39,632 nt of DNA from Microcystaceae cyanobacterium (GCA_041746575.1 JBGTGT010000049.1:1-39632), one strand, 5' to 3'; positions 1 through 9,775 are shown, counted from the stretch's first letter. Translations and numbers: made by a program. The notes: generated from the sequence alone by a model not told the origin.

Positions 1-509
1 GAAAAAGAGGAAAGAACTTATCATAGTAAACAGTTAGCTAATCTCTTAGAAAAAGAACGAAAAGTTAAATTAACTTCGGGAAGAATCCGTAAGATTCTTA
101 AAAAAAGGGCTGGAAAGGGAAACGAACAAAAGTGAGTACAAAAATTCATCCATCTCCTCAACAAAAAGAAGCCCAAAAAGTAGATCTAGAAATACTGCGC
201 TTGGCTTCGGCAAGGGAGAGAATAAGGCTAAAATACTGGGATGAAGCAGGGTTTAGTCTCTGGAGTCCGGTCAGTTTTACTTAGATAAATATAAAAGTCA
301 GAAAACAGAAAGTCATACCACAGAGCAAAAAGAAAGGAAAACGACTAAATATATGAGGAATACATGAACCCAATAAAAGTTTTAATTATGCTTTGTCAAT
401 CGGCAGCTTCAAAAAAGAAAGTTTAGTAATAATTTTGAATAAAGAAGCAGATAAAGCTGAAAAATACCAAAAAGAAAAAGGGCTAGATATGGTGATTTTT
501 CTAGATAGC
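1..509 (+). pseudogene. IS630-family transposase remnant (winged-helix end plus partial DDE domain), truncated at both ends
   Basis: Frame 1 reads EKEERTYHSKQLANLLEKERKVKLTSGRIRKILKK. At the A7 run (100-106) it shifts -1 into GWKGKRTK...LKYWDEAGFSLWSPV...KRLNI...VIFLDS, giving the IS630 D1 (DEAGF) and D2 (VIFLD) motifs. In-frame stops TAG 282-284 and TGA 354-356; similarity ends at about 509. Confidence 0.85.
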
Positions 510-670
510 TTCAACAAACTGTCGTCCACAGTCGTTACACTTAAAACGTTGTTTGCCGTAATAACTATGTCCATTTTTAATGATAGCTTTAGCTTGACAA
601 TTAGAACAAAGCATAAATTCTTGTTTTGATAGTAGTTCGCTCTCCTTTATCATTACTATGCACGACTACC
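501..670 (-). mobile_element. IS1-family left-end remnant with InsA-type zinc-ribbon fragment
   Basis: Minus-strand ORF 614..501 = MLCSNCQAKAIIKNGHSYYGKQRFKCNDCGRQFVEAI* (CxxC...KNG...GKQRFKCxxCGRQF). The minus strand from 670 begins GGTAGTCGTGCATAG, resembling IS1-family GGTAGT/GGTAAT terminal repeats. Confidence 0.75.
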
Positions 671-854
671 CATTTTTTAACCCTGTCGCCAAGGCGATCG
701 CTAGTAAAGTTTTCCTTCTTATATCACTTATTATTCCTACATGAAGATATTTAAAGGCTTCATAGGCTCTCACTTCTACAAATAAATCTCTGTAGAGTTT
801 ACAGTAAGTATCGACACATTTTACCGTTAATCGAGGAGGACGAAGCTTAACCAT
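666..854 (-). pseudogene. IS701-family transposase N-terminal fragment, interrupted at 670
   Basis: MVKLRPPRLTVKCVDTYCKLYRDLFVEVRAYEAFKYLHVGIISDIRRKTLLAIA resembles cyanobacterial IS701 transposase N-termini. The frame stops within the putative IS1 end (AAT GGG TAG). Confidence 0.8.
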
Positions 855-897
855 ATTTTACCTCGCCTAGTCTGATGAAAGAGGGATATCGCTTCAT

Positions 898-1638
898 TCA
901 AAATCGCTGTAAGGGTAATCGATTTAACAAGGAAAACACACCAAACCCAATTAATAAAACCCCACTGGTAATATTAATCCAACCTGACCAACGACGTAAT
1001 TCTAATAACTTTTTTAAAGAAGATGTAAAGATTCCTGCCAAGATTAAAGGGGAGACATATCCCACCGTATAAGCTAACAATAATCCGCCCCCTAATATTA
1101 AACTTTTCGTATTCGCTACCCAAGCAAGTAACGTTGCTAAAACTGGGGTACTACAGGGAGAAGCCACTAAACCAAAGGTTAACCCAATTAAATAAGAACG
1201 CAAACTGTCAGGAAATTGATCGTTAATCCAATCCGTTGTACCCATTGAAGGAAAACGTAAATTAATGACTTCTAATAGATTTAAACCCATTAAAATTGCA
1301 AAAATACTCACTACAATCGGTAAGCCTACACCAATTTGACCATAAACCTTGCCAAGGGAGGCGGCAAAAATTCCTAAAGTAGCCAATGTTGTCGCTAATC
1401 CCAAGGCAAACCACAGCGATTGAATTAGACTGTGAATACGGCCTTGATTTTCGTATCCACCAATGTAACCAATGGTAATTGGAAGCATGGACAACATACA
1501 GGGGGTCAAACTGGTGAATAATCCTGCGAAAAAGATAATTCCCAAGCTAATAATGCTTAAATGGGATAATTGAGAGGCGACCAGTTGATTGGCGTATTGT
1601 TCAAGTAAATATAGTTGGGTCGATAAATCGTCTAGCAT
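898..1638 (-). CDS. ccdA: Cytochrome c biogenesis protein CcdA (DsbD-like thiol-disulfide transporter)
   Basis: 246-aa polytopic membrane protein with the two conserved Cys motifs SLTPCMLSMLP and ASPCSTPVL. Confidence 0.92.
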   Translation of the reverse strand: MLDDLSTQLYLLEQYANQLVASQLSHLSIISLGIIFFAGLFTSLTPCMLSMLPITIGYIGGYENQGRIHSLIQSLWFALGLATTLATLGIFAASLGKVYGQIGVGLPIVVSIFAILMGLNLLEVINLRFPSMGTTDWINDQFPDSLRSYLIGLTFGLVASPCSTPVLATLLAWVANTKSLILGGGLLLAYTVGYVSPLILAGIFTSSLKKLLELRRWSGWINITSGVLLIGFGVFSLLNRLPLQRF

Positions 1639-1739
1639 GAGGAGTATAAAGGTTTTTTGGTAAAGTTTTCCTTTCTATTTTAAACCATTGCTTTCTCTAC
1701 GCTAAAATAGGCTAGTTCTTTGCATTCTAGAGGGATTCT

Positions 1740-2648
1740 GTGCGTTCTTACCGTCGTCCACTTTCCTTGTCTCCCCTATTTCAAATTCCCCTTATCCTAT
1801 TGGGTATCTTTCTGGCTTGTGCCTTATTGTTTTGGTTGCTAGGAATTGGTCGTCCTTCCGTTGCTGTGGCGATCGCTTTAGATTTGAGTAGTAGCACTTA
1901 TCAGACGCAATTTAACGAGCCTAATAGTATTATGGCCAAAGAAATTGAGGCGGTTCAAGCTTATTTATCAAAAAATAATTCGGATATTTTGCGTCAACCT
2001 AATCAAGTTCAAGTGTTTGGCTTTGCCGACGGCATTCGTCCATTAACACCGTCTTTTAGTGATAATTCACAACAGGTTTCTCAAGAATTAAGTCAGTCTT
2101 TAAATCCCGATTTACCCAATATTATTGGAGGTGGAACGAATTTAGATTTAGCCATTCAAGAGGGAACATTAGCGTTATCTAAAGTGGGCGATCGCTGTCG
2201 CGAATTATTAATTGTTACTGATGGCGAAGTATCTGTTAATCCTCTTGTTATTGCGGATGCTAAGGCAAAAGGGGTTAAGATTAATAGTATTATTATTGGC
2301 AAAAATGCTCCCCTTATTCAAGCGGCGACTTTTGCGACAGGAGGCTATTATTTATCAGGAGAGGTCAATCAATTAGAACAATTATTTACTCAAAAGGCTT
2401 TTAATAATTTTAATAATAATTGGCGTTGGCTTCTCTTTTGGTTAGGGTTGGCATGGATTGCTTTTATGTGGCTTTTAGTGATGCCTTTAGACCGTTGGAT
2501 TTTACAAAAATTCTTGCGATTACCGATGAATTTATCGGGTCGAATTGCTTTATTCAATGCTCTTTTTTGGACAGCTGCAACGCCTCTGATTGTTTGGAAA
2601 TTATACGATTTATTAGGTCTTGTTTTACCTTTCGTCGGTCGTTGTTAA
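1740..2648 (+). CDS. Membrane-anchored von Willebrand factor A (vWA) domain protein
   Basis: MIDAS motif ALDLSSS (DxSxS), GGTNL and LLIVTDG. One N-terminal TM helix and two C-terminal hydrophobic helices. GTG start. Confidence 0.82.
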   Translation: MRSYRRPLSLSPLFQIPLILLGIFLACALLFWLLGIGRPSVAVAIALDLSSSTYQTQFNEPNSIMAKEIEAVQAYLSKNNSDILRQPNQVQVFGFADGIRPLTPSFSDNSQQVSQELSQSLNPDLPNIIGGGTNLDLAIQEGTLALSKVGDRCRELLIVTDGEVSVNPLVIADAKAKGVKINSIIIGKNAPLIQAATFATGGYYLSGEVNQLEQLFTQKAFNNFNNNWRWLLFWLGLAWIAFMWLLVMPLDRWILQKFLRLPMNLSGRIALFNALFWTAATPLIVWKLYDLLGLVLPFVGRC

Positions 2649-2660
2649 ATCAGAAAAAAA

Positions 2661-3101
2661 TTATATCGATTTAATAAAGGTAACAATTCTCTCGACTTCT
2701 TGAAATCCCATTTTGAGGTGAAATTCGTAACTGATGATGTTTTCAATCAAAGCATCAGATGCTAATTCAATACAGCCTTGTTCAATGCCCCATTGTTGAG
2801 CAAATTGGATTAATTGTTGCCCTACTCCTTGATGACGATACTGCTCTTTAACATAAATTCCTTCAATATAAGCAACAGGACTTTGCGTTGCTCCTGAGAC
2901 ATAGTCATATCGCAAAGAAAGATTAATAAATCCCATGACATTTTCCTGCTCGTTTTTAATCAAAAATCCTGCTTCACGAGAAGATTGAAGGATCTTTCTG
3001 AGACTTTCCTCCATTTCTTGCATCGAAGTATCTGGCCACAACTTTAAGGCAAGATCAATCCATTCCGAGAAATTGTCTAAAGTAACTTTAATAATCTCCA
3101 T
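2661..3101 (-). CDS. GNAT acetyltransferase, aminoglycoside 6'-N-acetyltransferase (AAC(6')-I)-like
   Basis: 146 aa with LWPD, LSLRYDYVSG, PVAYIEGIYV, RHQGVG (acetyl-CoA loop) and ELASDA...N..S..FH..MGFQEVERIVTF, the motif set of short AAC(6')-I enzymes. Confidence 0.75.
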   Translation of the reverse strand: MEIIKVTLDNFSEWIDLALKLWPDTSMQEMEESLRKILQSSREAGFLIKNEQENVMGFINLSLRYDYVSGATQSPVAYIEGIYVKEQYRHQGVGQQLIQFAQQWGIEQGCIELASDALIENIISYEFHLKMGFQEVERIVTFIKSI

Positions 3102-3118
3102 GTTTGCACGTAAGATAA

Positions 3119-3499
3119 TTAATCTTGAATATAGTTTTCCCCTGAAATTAATGCCTGTTCAGCACGGACAAATTCTCGCCCTAAATAAGCGGCATGATCT
3201 AACATTGTAACAGGACAGGGTTTGATTTCTTCAAATACTTTAATCGCTAATTCTTTGGCTGTTCTTCCTTGATAAAGGGTGGTTGCAGTGCGTTCTACTT
3301 TACCTTTAACGGCAATTACTTTTCCCGTTTCAGGATCAACCGCCAACCCTTTTTTATTAATAATATTAGTATAATGTTTGGCACAAATTAATTGAGCCTC
3401 TCGCTCAATATAAATAATAAAATATCCCCCCGGATCAAGGGCAATAAATCGCTTGGAAAGTTGATCATCGAGTTGTTTAAGTGTCATTGCTAAAGTCAT
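3119..3499 (-). CDS. DUF4346-family protein
   Basis: LDPGGYFIIY and DHAAYLGREF motifs. Confidence 0.7.
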   Translation of the reverse strand: MTLAMTLKQLDDQLSKRFIALDPGGYFIIYIEREAQLICAKHYTNIINKKGLAVDPETGKVIAVKGKVERTATTLYQGRTAKELAIKVFEEIKPCPVTMLDHAAYLGREFVRAEQALISGENYIQD

Positions 3500-3635
3500 G
3501 ATCGGTTGTCGTTACTGCTCTGCGTTTGGCACACAATCTTTAATGATACCGTATCAATCAATCCTCAGTCCCGACAAAACCTGTTAAGATTAAGGACAAA
3601 AGATTAAATTTTGGTTAAATTCTCCTCTAAAATCT

Positions 3636-4790
3636 GTGCTTTGGAAACCCTTTAATCCGATTCAATTTCCTCTTTTAGGGAATGACGCTCGCTTTAGTTC
3701 ACTCTTTTCCCTTAAAACACCTATTTTTCAGCTATTATTTGCCTTAATTTTGGGTTTTTGCCTTAATCAAATTCAGATTCCCGTAGGTTGGTTATTGGGG
3801 GCAATTTTAGCTGGTAGTCTTTCTGTTTTGGTGCAACGTAATCCCCAACCGTTTCCCCCGATTTTATTTACTTCGAGTCAGGCAATTATTGCGATTGCCA
3901 CGGCAACCCGTTTTTCGCCTCAAAGCTTGATATTAGCTAAGCACTATGCTTTACCTTTAACCCTCTGTATTTGCGTAACAGGAGGTATGAGTTTATTAAA
4001 TGGTTATTTTTTGCATCGTTTAGCGGGAATTGACAAAAAAACAGGATTTTTGGCTTCTATTCCGGGGGCAAGTGCCAGTATTGTGGCGATGAGTGAAGAA
4101 ATGGAAGCTGATGCGATGGTGGTTGCTCTTCTCCAATCGTTGCGCGTGGTGCTTGTTGCTTTGCTCATTCCCCTATTAGTTAGCTTTTTATTCCCTTTTG
4201 ATGCTTCTGATGGGTTAAGTAGCGTTCTGACTTATGCTAGCTCTTCTTATCTACCCCTTAGTTTAGATTTAATGCTGGTGGCAGGCTGTTGTGGACTTGG
4301 AGTTTGGCTAGGGAAGGGGTTAAAATTACCTTCTGGTTTATTTCTCGGTCCTTTTATGGTCGGGTTAACTGTTTTTTGGCTATTTCCTCAATATTTCTAC
4401 GTTCCTCAACCCCTTTTTATTATAGGGTTAATTCTACTCGGATTATCTATTGGTTTAAAGGTGAACTTCCAAACAGTTCAGAAGTTATTGAAAGTTGTTT
4501 TAATTGAATTTTGCTTAATTATCGTCTTAATTTTGAGTTGTTTAGGAGCAGGTTACCTTTTTCACCTTATTACTCATATTGATACTATGACTGCTATTTT
4601 AGGCTCAACGCCGGGGGGAATCTCAGCGATGATGGCAACGGCAATTAATTTACAAGGTGACACGGGGTTAGTAATGACGATGCAAATGACTCGAATGTTA
4701 TTAATTCTATTGTTAAGTCCGTTATTAGCCAATACCCTAAAAAAGAATGAAGCTTATTCTGTTATAGATGAATCTATTAGAATAAAATAA
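3636..4790 (+). CDS. AbrB-family membrane protein (putative ammonia monooxygenase-like, internally duplicated)
   Basis: About 10 TM helices; two repeats with PVGWLLGAI/PSGLFLGPF and SIPGAS/STPGGIS, ending QSLRV/QMTRM. Start codon uncertain. Confidence 0.8.
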   Translation: MLWKPFNPIQFPLLGNDARFSSLFSLKTPIFQLLFALILGFCLNQIQIPVGWLLGAILAGSLSVLVQRNPQPFPPILFTSSQAIIAIATATRFSPQSLILAKHYALPLTLCICVTGGMSLLNGYFLHRLAGIDKKTGFLASIPGASASIVAMSEEMEADAMVVALLQSLRVVLVALLIPLLVSFLFPFDASDGLSSVLTYASSSYLPLSLDLMLVAGCCGLGVWLGKGLKLPSGLFLGPFMVGLTVFWLFPQYFYVPQPLFIIGLILLGLSIGLKVNFQTVQKLLKVVLIEFCLIIVLILSCLGAGYLFHLITHIDTMTAILGSTPGGISAMMATAINLQGDTGLVMTMQMTRMLLILLLSPLLANTLKKNEAYSVIDESIRIK

Positions 4791-4812
4791 AGATTTTCTC
4801 TACAATTTCTCT

Positions 4813-5667
4813 ATGAACTGTCCTACGGCAACCCTCTTAATTTCCTGTCCTGATCAAAAAGGTTTAGTTGCAAAAATTGCCAACTTTATTTATGCAAATG
4901 GGGGCAATATTATTCATGCCGATCAACATACTGACTTCTCAGCAGAGTTATTTTTAAATCGCATTGAATGGCAACTAGAAGGCTTTAATTTAGAACCTAA
5001 TTTAATTGCTCCTGCCTTTGCGGCTATTGCAAAACCCTTATCAGCAAATTGGACGATTCATTTTTCAAACACGCTCCCTCGAATTGCAATTTGGGTGACG
5101 AAACAAGATCATTGTTTACTGGATTTATTATGGAGATGGCAACGAAAAGAGTTACGAGCAGAGATTCCTTTAATAATTAGTAATCATCTGACGCTTCAAC
5201 CCATTGCAGAACAATTTAGTATTGATTTCCATCATATCCCAATCACCAAAGAGAATAAAACTCAGCAGGAGTCCAAACAGTTAGAAGTATTGAAAGAACA
5301 GGGGATTGATTTAGTGGTTTTGGCCAAATATATGCAGATTTTATCTCCAGAATTTGTGCAGTTTTTCCCTAGTATTATTAATATTCATCATTCCTTTTTA
5401 CCGGCTTTTGCAGGAGCAAAACCTTATCATCAAGCGTATGAAAGAGGAGTTAAAATTATCGGAGCAACCTCCCATTATGTAACCTCTGATTTAGATCAAG
5501 GACCGATTATTGAGCAGGATGTTGTTAGAATTAGCCATAGAGATACCGTAGAAGACTTAATTCGTAAAGGCAAAGATTTAGAAAGAGTGGTTTTAGCAAG
5601 AGCTGTTCGATTACACTTAGAAAATCGGGTCTTAGTTTATGGAAATCGTACTGTTATTTTTGCTTAG
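4813..5667 (+). CDS. purU: Formyltetrahydrofolate deformylase
   Basis: ACT-domain start LLISCPDQKGLVA; INIHHSFLPAF.GAKPY, GVKIIGATSHYV and LDQGPII. Confidence 0.96.
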   Translation: MNCPTATLLISCPDQKGLVAKIANFIYANGGNIIHADQHTDFSAELFLNRIEWQLEGFNLEPNLIAPAFAAIAKPLSANWTIHFSNTLPRIAIWVTKQDHCLLDLLWRWQRKELRAEIPLIISNHLTLQPIAEQFSIDFHHIPITKENKTQQESKQLEVLKEQGIDLVVLAKYMQILSPEFVQFFPSIINIHHSFLPAFAGAKPYHQAYERGVKIIGATSHYVTSDLDQGPIIEQDVVRISHRDTVEDLIRKGKDLERVVLARAVRLHLENRVLVYGNRTVIFA

Positions 5668-5709
5668 GTTATCGTTACAATTATAAATTTATACTTTCAA
5701 CATAGTTTT

Positions 5710-6291
5710 TTATTTTTCGTTCTGTCTTTCGCCTGTATCTGTATGATCTTGCCATTCCTTTAATTCTCTATCTAAGGCAAATTGAAAATCTTTAGATACC
5801 AAGAGGATTTCTGCTTCAGGTTGTTTTCTGTCAGCAACTTTAGCATAAATTAATTGGTCTTGATAATTCGGTAATCCTAATTGTAATTGATGAGTTTTTA
5901 GGTTTTTTAAGTCAACAATAATTGTAGCAAAGGGCTTTTCTAGACCATATTCTTTGAGTTGAGAGGCAGGAACTGTAAAACGGCGATCGCTTGTACCTTC
6001 GACTAATAAGTTTAACAAAAAAGCGACCACTGCATCATTTGCTGTCGTTGATTGAGGCTGAGTCATTTTCCACGGTCTTTCTGGATTATTGGTGCGTTCA
6101 AATTGTAGAATATCTTTATTCTGAATAAGGGTTAATTTTTGAATATCTTCCTCTTCAAACTCAAAAATTTTTTGTTCATTTTTTTTAACCTCCTCTTGTC
6201 TTTCTTTTCCTTGAAATTCATACCAAGATACTCCTATGCTTAAAAGGATAGCAGAGATTAATAAACCCATTGTTGTTTTTGGTAATTTCAT
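5710..6291 (-). CDS. DUF4340-family protein, last gene of the Gld-like ABC module
   Basis: N-terminal TM anchor; WKMTQP and LKEYGLEKP motifs; lies directly after the GldG-like gene. Confidence 0.72.
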   Translation of the reverse strand: MKLPKTTMGLLISAILLSIGVSWYEFQGKERQEEVKKNEQKIFEFEEEDIQKLTLIQNKDILQFERTNNPERPWKMTQPQSTTANDAVVAFLLNLLVEGTSDRRFTVPASQLKEYGLEKPFATIIVDLKNLKTHQLQLGLPNYQDQLIYAKVADRKQPEAEILLVSKDFQFALDRELKEWQDHTDTGERQNEK

Positions 6292-6324
6292 TTTTCTATC
6301 TTGGTTAATGATTTAAACTTTATT

Positions 6325-7890
6325 TTACCTTCTTTTCCACCAGACAAAACCTGCCATTCCTAACCCTAAAATCGGCATAATTAGCAAAGCCATCCAAGCG
6401 ATAATACTCGCTTTTAGGGGGGTTAAACTAATGCGACGATTTTCCCGTTCTTTAGGACGAATGGATAAGGCATCTTCTGTCTGATTGACTAACCATTGAA
6501 CGGAATTGAGAAAGACATCTTCGTTAAATTGTTCATTAAACCATCCATCAGTGGCAAATGTCGAATTGCCAAAAATAACCATTTTCGCTTCAAGGAATTT
6601 ATCTTGATTATCTTTCGGCTTTATCGTTCGCTTTAAGGCAACACCGATATCAAAAGGTCCTGCAATATCTGTTTCAGGATCAAAGATAATTTCCGGTGAT
6701 TCTAGATTACTTTCTCCCCACATTCGTTCATCGGTTACCACCAAAGAAACTGCTTCAATATCTTCCTTTTGAAAAGTGCCAATTGGACGAGTTAACGGAT
6801 AAATACTATAACGTTCTTTCAATTCTTTGGTAATAGGATGATCGCCGTAATTAGTAATGACAATAGTTGCTGGACCAAATCCTAATGCTTCGCCTCTTCC
6901 TGATGCGTCAATCACAATTCTTGGGTCTAATTCTACTCCCCAATCTTTCAAAAGACTTTCTAATTTAGGTTCAGTATTGGGATCAATCATTAATAACAGA
7001 TTTCCTCCTTGCTCGGAATACTGCTCTAATAAAGTTAATTCTTGAGGAAATAATTCACTTTTTGGACTGGCTAGAATAATCGCATCTGCATCTTTTGGAA
7101 TAATAGATGTTTGGGATATATTAAGCGGTTCTATCTTAAATCCTTTTTCTTTTAAGGCATCAATTGCTTGAGAAAGTGAGCCTTCTTGAGGGGAAAGAGA
7201 GAGTTCTCCATGACCTTGTAAAAGATAAACGCTTGGGGTATAATTACGTTGAATTTTTTCAATGGCATTAGTAATTTTTGTTTCAGAAAGGGGTTGTTTT
7301 TGATTAAATTCGATTAAATTCTGCACTAATTGTTTTTTATTTTTATATTCAAAATGAACTTCTCCAATATTTTTGACATCAAATTCTTTAGCGATAGATA
7401 ATTTAACAGAAGGATCAACATATTCGTAGGAAAAGTTAGAATTATAACGACGGTAATTATCCAGTAATTTTTTATCGTTAGGATGGGGATCTTTCTCAAA
7501 TAACCAAATTTTTAGGGGTTGATCGAGTTTTTTGACTAATTCCTGAGATTGAGGGGAAAGAGTATAAAGTTGATTCTCACTAAGATCAATCGGTTGCGTA
7601 TAACGAACAACTAAAAAGTTAATTAATCCTAAAATAATTATCAAGGAAAGTGTTGAGATTAAAGCATTTGTTCCTGCTTGAGTAGATCGCCTGTGCCAAA
7701 ATTTCCGATGGGTGACGAACAAATAGATCAACCAAAGAATAAATAAGGTTTCTCCTATAAAAATTAGAGACAAATAAAGAACTGTCCATTGTTTGGTTAA
7801 AAATCCGGCAACTCCTCCCGCAACTAATAAAACAATAGCAGGAATAAATAAGTATTTAAAATAGGGTTTAAGGTTTAAATTGAGTTTCAT
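6325..7890 (-). CDS. GldG-like ABC transporter auxiliary component
   Basis: DLSENQLYTLSPQS, YLLQGHGE, GGNLLLMIDP, HPIT, VIFGNSTF and FLNSVQWL; C-terminal TM ending WWKRR. Confidence 0.85.
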   Translation of the reverse strand: MKLNLNLKPYFKYLFIPAIVLLVAGGVAGFLTKQWTVLYLSLIFIGETLFILWLIYLFVTHRKFWHRRSTQAGTNALISTLSLIIILGLINFLVVRYTQPIDLSENQLYTLSPQSQELVKKLDQPLKIWLFEKDPHPNDKKLLDNYRRYNSNFSYEYVDPSVKLSIAKEFDVKNIGEVHFEYKNKKQLVQNLIEFNQKQPLSETKITNAIEKIQRNYTPSVYLLQGHGELSLSPQEGSLSQAIDALKEKGFKIEPLNISQTSIIPKDADAIILASPKSELFPQELTLLEQYSEQGGNLLLMIDPNTEPKLESLLKDWGVELDPRIVIDASGRGEALGFGPATIVITNYGDHPITKELKERYSIYPLTRPIGTFQKEDIEAVSLVVTDERMWGESNLESPEIIFDPETDIAGPFDIGVALKRTIKPKDNQDKFLEAKMVIFGNSTFATDGWFNEQFNEDVFLNSVQWLVNQTEDALSIRPKERENRRISLTPLKASIIAWMALLIMPILGLGMAGFVWWKRR

Positions 7891-7893
7891 AGA

Positions 7894-8682
7894 TTAAGAA
7901 CGTTGATATCTGAGAGATTCAATAGATTGTGCGGTTAAAAAGATACCGAGAATAGTGTAACTTAAAAACAAGATGATACTACTGGGATGGACAATTCCTC
8001 GAACAAGATCATTATAATGATTAAGTAAAGATAAATGGGCAATGATATTCTTAGAGACTCCACTAAGATTTTGTGCAATGCCGTCGATAATCCACAGAAA
8101 TAAGATCATAACGAAAGTAACAATATAAGCTAAAACTACACTATCCGTTAAAGAAGAAACAAACATTCCTAAAGATAGGATAGCCGTCACTAATAAAAAT
8201 AAAGCGGCATGGGAGACGAGAATTAACGGAAGTGAAAGGGGAGGAGAGGCCGCACTAAAGGCAATCGTTTCATAAATGATTAGCGGTAACATTAATGCCG
8301 TAAAAAAAGTAATAACCCCTAGCAATTTACCCACTGCTACTACCCAGTTTGTGATCGGAGAAGTTGCTAATAATTCTAATGTTCCTCGTTTACGTTCTTC
8401 CGCATATAATCCCATAGATAAAGCTGGCAAAAGAACTAACAATAAAGAAACTAATAAGCCTAAAAATCCTTCTAAAAACTCTGTTCCGATGTCTCTTGAT
8501 ACGACTCCCCCTCCTATTTGTTCTTGCAACGCAACATCTTGAATAAGTCCATCAAGTAACACGCTGAAAAAGATACCAGCAATCAGCCAAAAAACGGCTG
8601 CAATAATGTAGGAAATAGGAGCAGAAAAGTAACTTTGTACTTCTTTGCGAAAAATAGCCAAAAGATTATTAATTAATATCAT
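7894..8682 (-). CDS. ABC-2 type permease (GldF-like)
   Basis: KEVQSYFSAPISY and SMGLYAEERKRGTLELLATSP motifs; six TM helices. Confidence 0.88.
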   Translation of the reverse strand: MILINNLLAIFRKEVQSYFSAPISYIIAAVFWLIAGIFFSVLLDGLIQDVALQEQIGGGVVSRDIGTEFLEGFLGLLVSLLLVLLPALSMGLYAEERKRGTLELLATSPITNWVVAVGKLLGVITFFTALMLPLIIYETIAFSAASPPLSLPLILVSHAALFLLVTAILSLGMFVSSLTDSVVLAYIVTFVMILFLWIIDGIAQNLSGVSKNIIAHLSLLNHYNDLVRGIVHPSSIILFLSYTILGIFLTAQSIESLRYQRS

Positions 8683-8722
8683 AAGTAGATAACAGTCACT
8701 TGGTCAAACTTTAGCATAATAG

Positions 8723-9676
8723 CTAAGGGGTAATGAGTAAAGGCTCATCCGTAATTAAGTCTAAAAAGACATCCTCCAGCGTTGGGCGGGTGCGCTTCAT
8801 TTCTAATAATTCTAGTCCCTGATTTAGAATAACTTTAGCAATTTCTGAGCCTATTTGATCTCTCTGTAAGTTCAAACGAATTCGATAAATCTTATCGGTA
8901 GCAATTAAAGCATTAATGTTAACTTGAGAAATCCCTTGAATGGCTTCTAATTGAGTTTGAAGACCCTCAATCTCCCCTTGAACCTCGATATCGTACCCCA
9001 ATTCTCCTTGAAGTTGAGACATTAAAGAATTTGGGGTATCTATTGCTATTACTTTCCCTTTGTTAATAATTGTCACCCGATCGCAGGTCATGCTGACTTC
9101 AGGTAAAATATGAGTTGAGAGAATAATCGTATGCTGTCCTGCTAAATTGCGAATTAAATTTCGGACTTCTATAATTTGCTTAGGATCTAGTCCTACCGTC
9201 GGTTCATCTAATATAATAGCAGGGGGATCGTGGACGATCGCTTGGGCAATACCCACCCGTTGTTTATACCCTTTAGAAAGTTTACGAATAATCACCTTTT
9301 GCTTATCTTGCAATTGGCAACTTTTGAGGGCATAATTAATCCGAGTTGCTCTATCCCCTGCAGAAACGCCCTTAATTTGAGCGACAAAGTTTAAAAATCC
9401 CTCCACCGTCATCTCAGGATATAAAGGAGGGGTTTCCGGTAGATAACCAATGCGTCGTCGGACTTCCATTGAGTTTTCATGGACATCATAGCCAGCAATC
9501 GTAGCCGTTCCCGTGGTGGCAGGTAAATATCCTGCTAAAATACGCATCGTGGTGGTTTTTCCTGCACCGTTTGGTCCCAAAAACCCTAAAATCTCTCCTG
9601 TTTTTACTGAAAAATCAACATCTTGAATAGCAGTCGTTGATCCGTACGTTTTGCTAAGGTGTTTGACCTCTATCAT
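8723..9676 (-). CDS. ABC transporter ATP-binding protein (GldA/CcmA-like)
   Basis: Walker A GPNGAGKTT, signature LSKGYKQR, Walker B IILDEPTVGLD, H-loop STH. Confidence 0.93.
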   Translation of the reverse strand: MIEVKHLSKTYGSTTAIQDVDFSVKTGEILGFLGPNGAGKTTTMRILAGYLPATTGTATIAGYDVHENSMEVRRRIGYLPETPPLYPEMTVEGFLNFVAQIKGVSAGDRATRINYALKSCQLQDKQKVIIRKLSKGYKQRVGIAQAIVHDPPAIILDEPTVGLDPKQIIEVRNLIRNLAGQHTIILSTHILPEVSMTCDRVTIINKGKVIAIDTPNSLMSQLQGELGYDIEVQGEIEGLQTQLEAIQGISQVNINALIATDKIYRIRLNLQRDQIGSEIAKVILNQGLELLEMKRTRPTLEDVFLDLITDEPLLITP

Positions 9677-9775
9677 CTGTTCACCCTAAAAATGAGTCGG
9701 CCATTTATTACTGTATCACCTTTAGAATAAAGATGGGATTATTCATAACCTCATAAAAACATTAAATTAATCAAT

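Noticed and set aside
386..629. ORFs 393..629 (+) and 386..574 (-) as real genes
   Set aside because: 393..629 is the IS630 pseudogene frame reading through the junction into antisense IS1 DNA; 386..574 is an off-frame shadow.
3601..3619. Pho-box-like pair TTTAACCA-AAA-TTTAATCT on the minus strand (SphR-type)
   Set aside because: Only two repeats, AT-rich context, and no phosphate-related gene adjacent.
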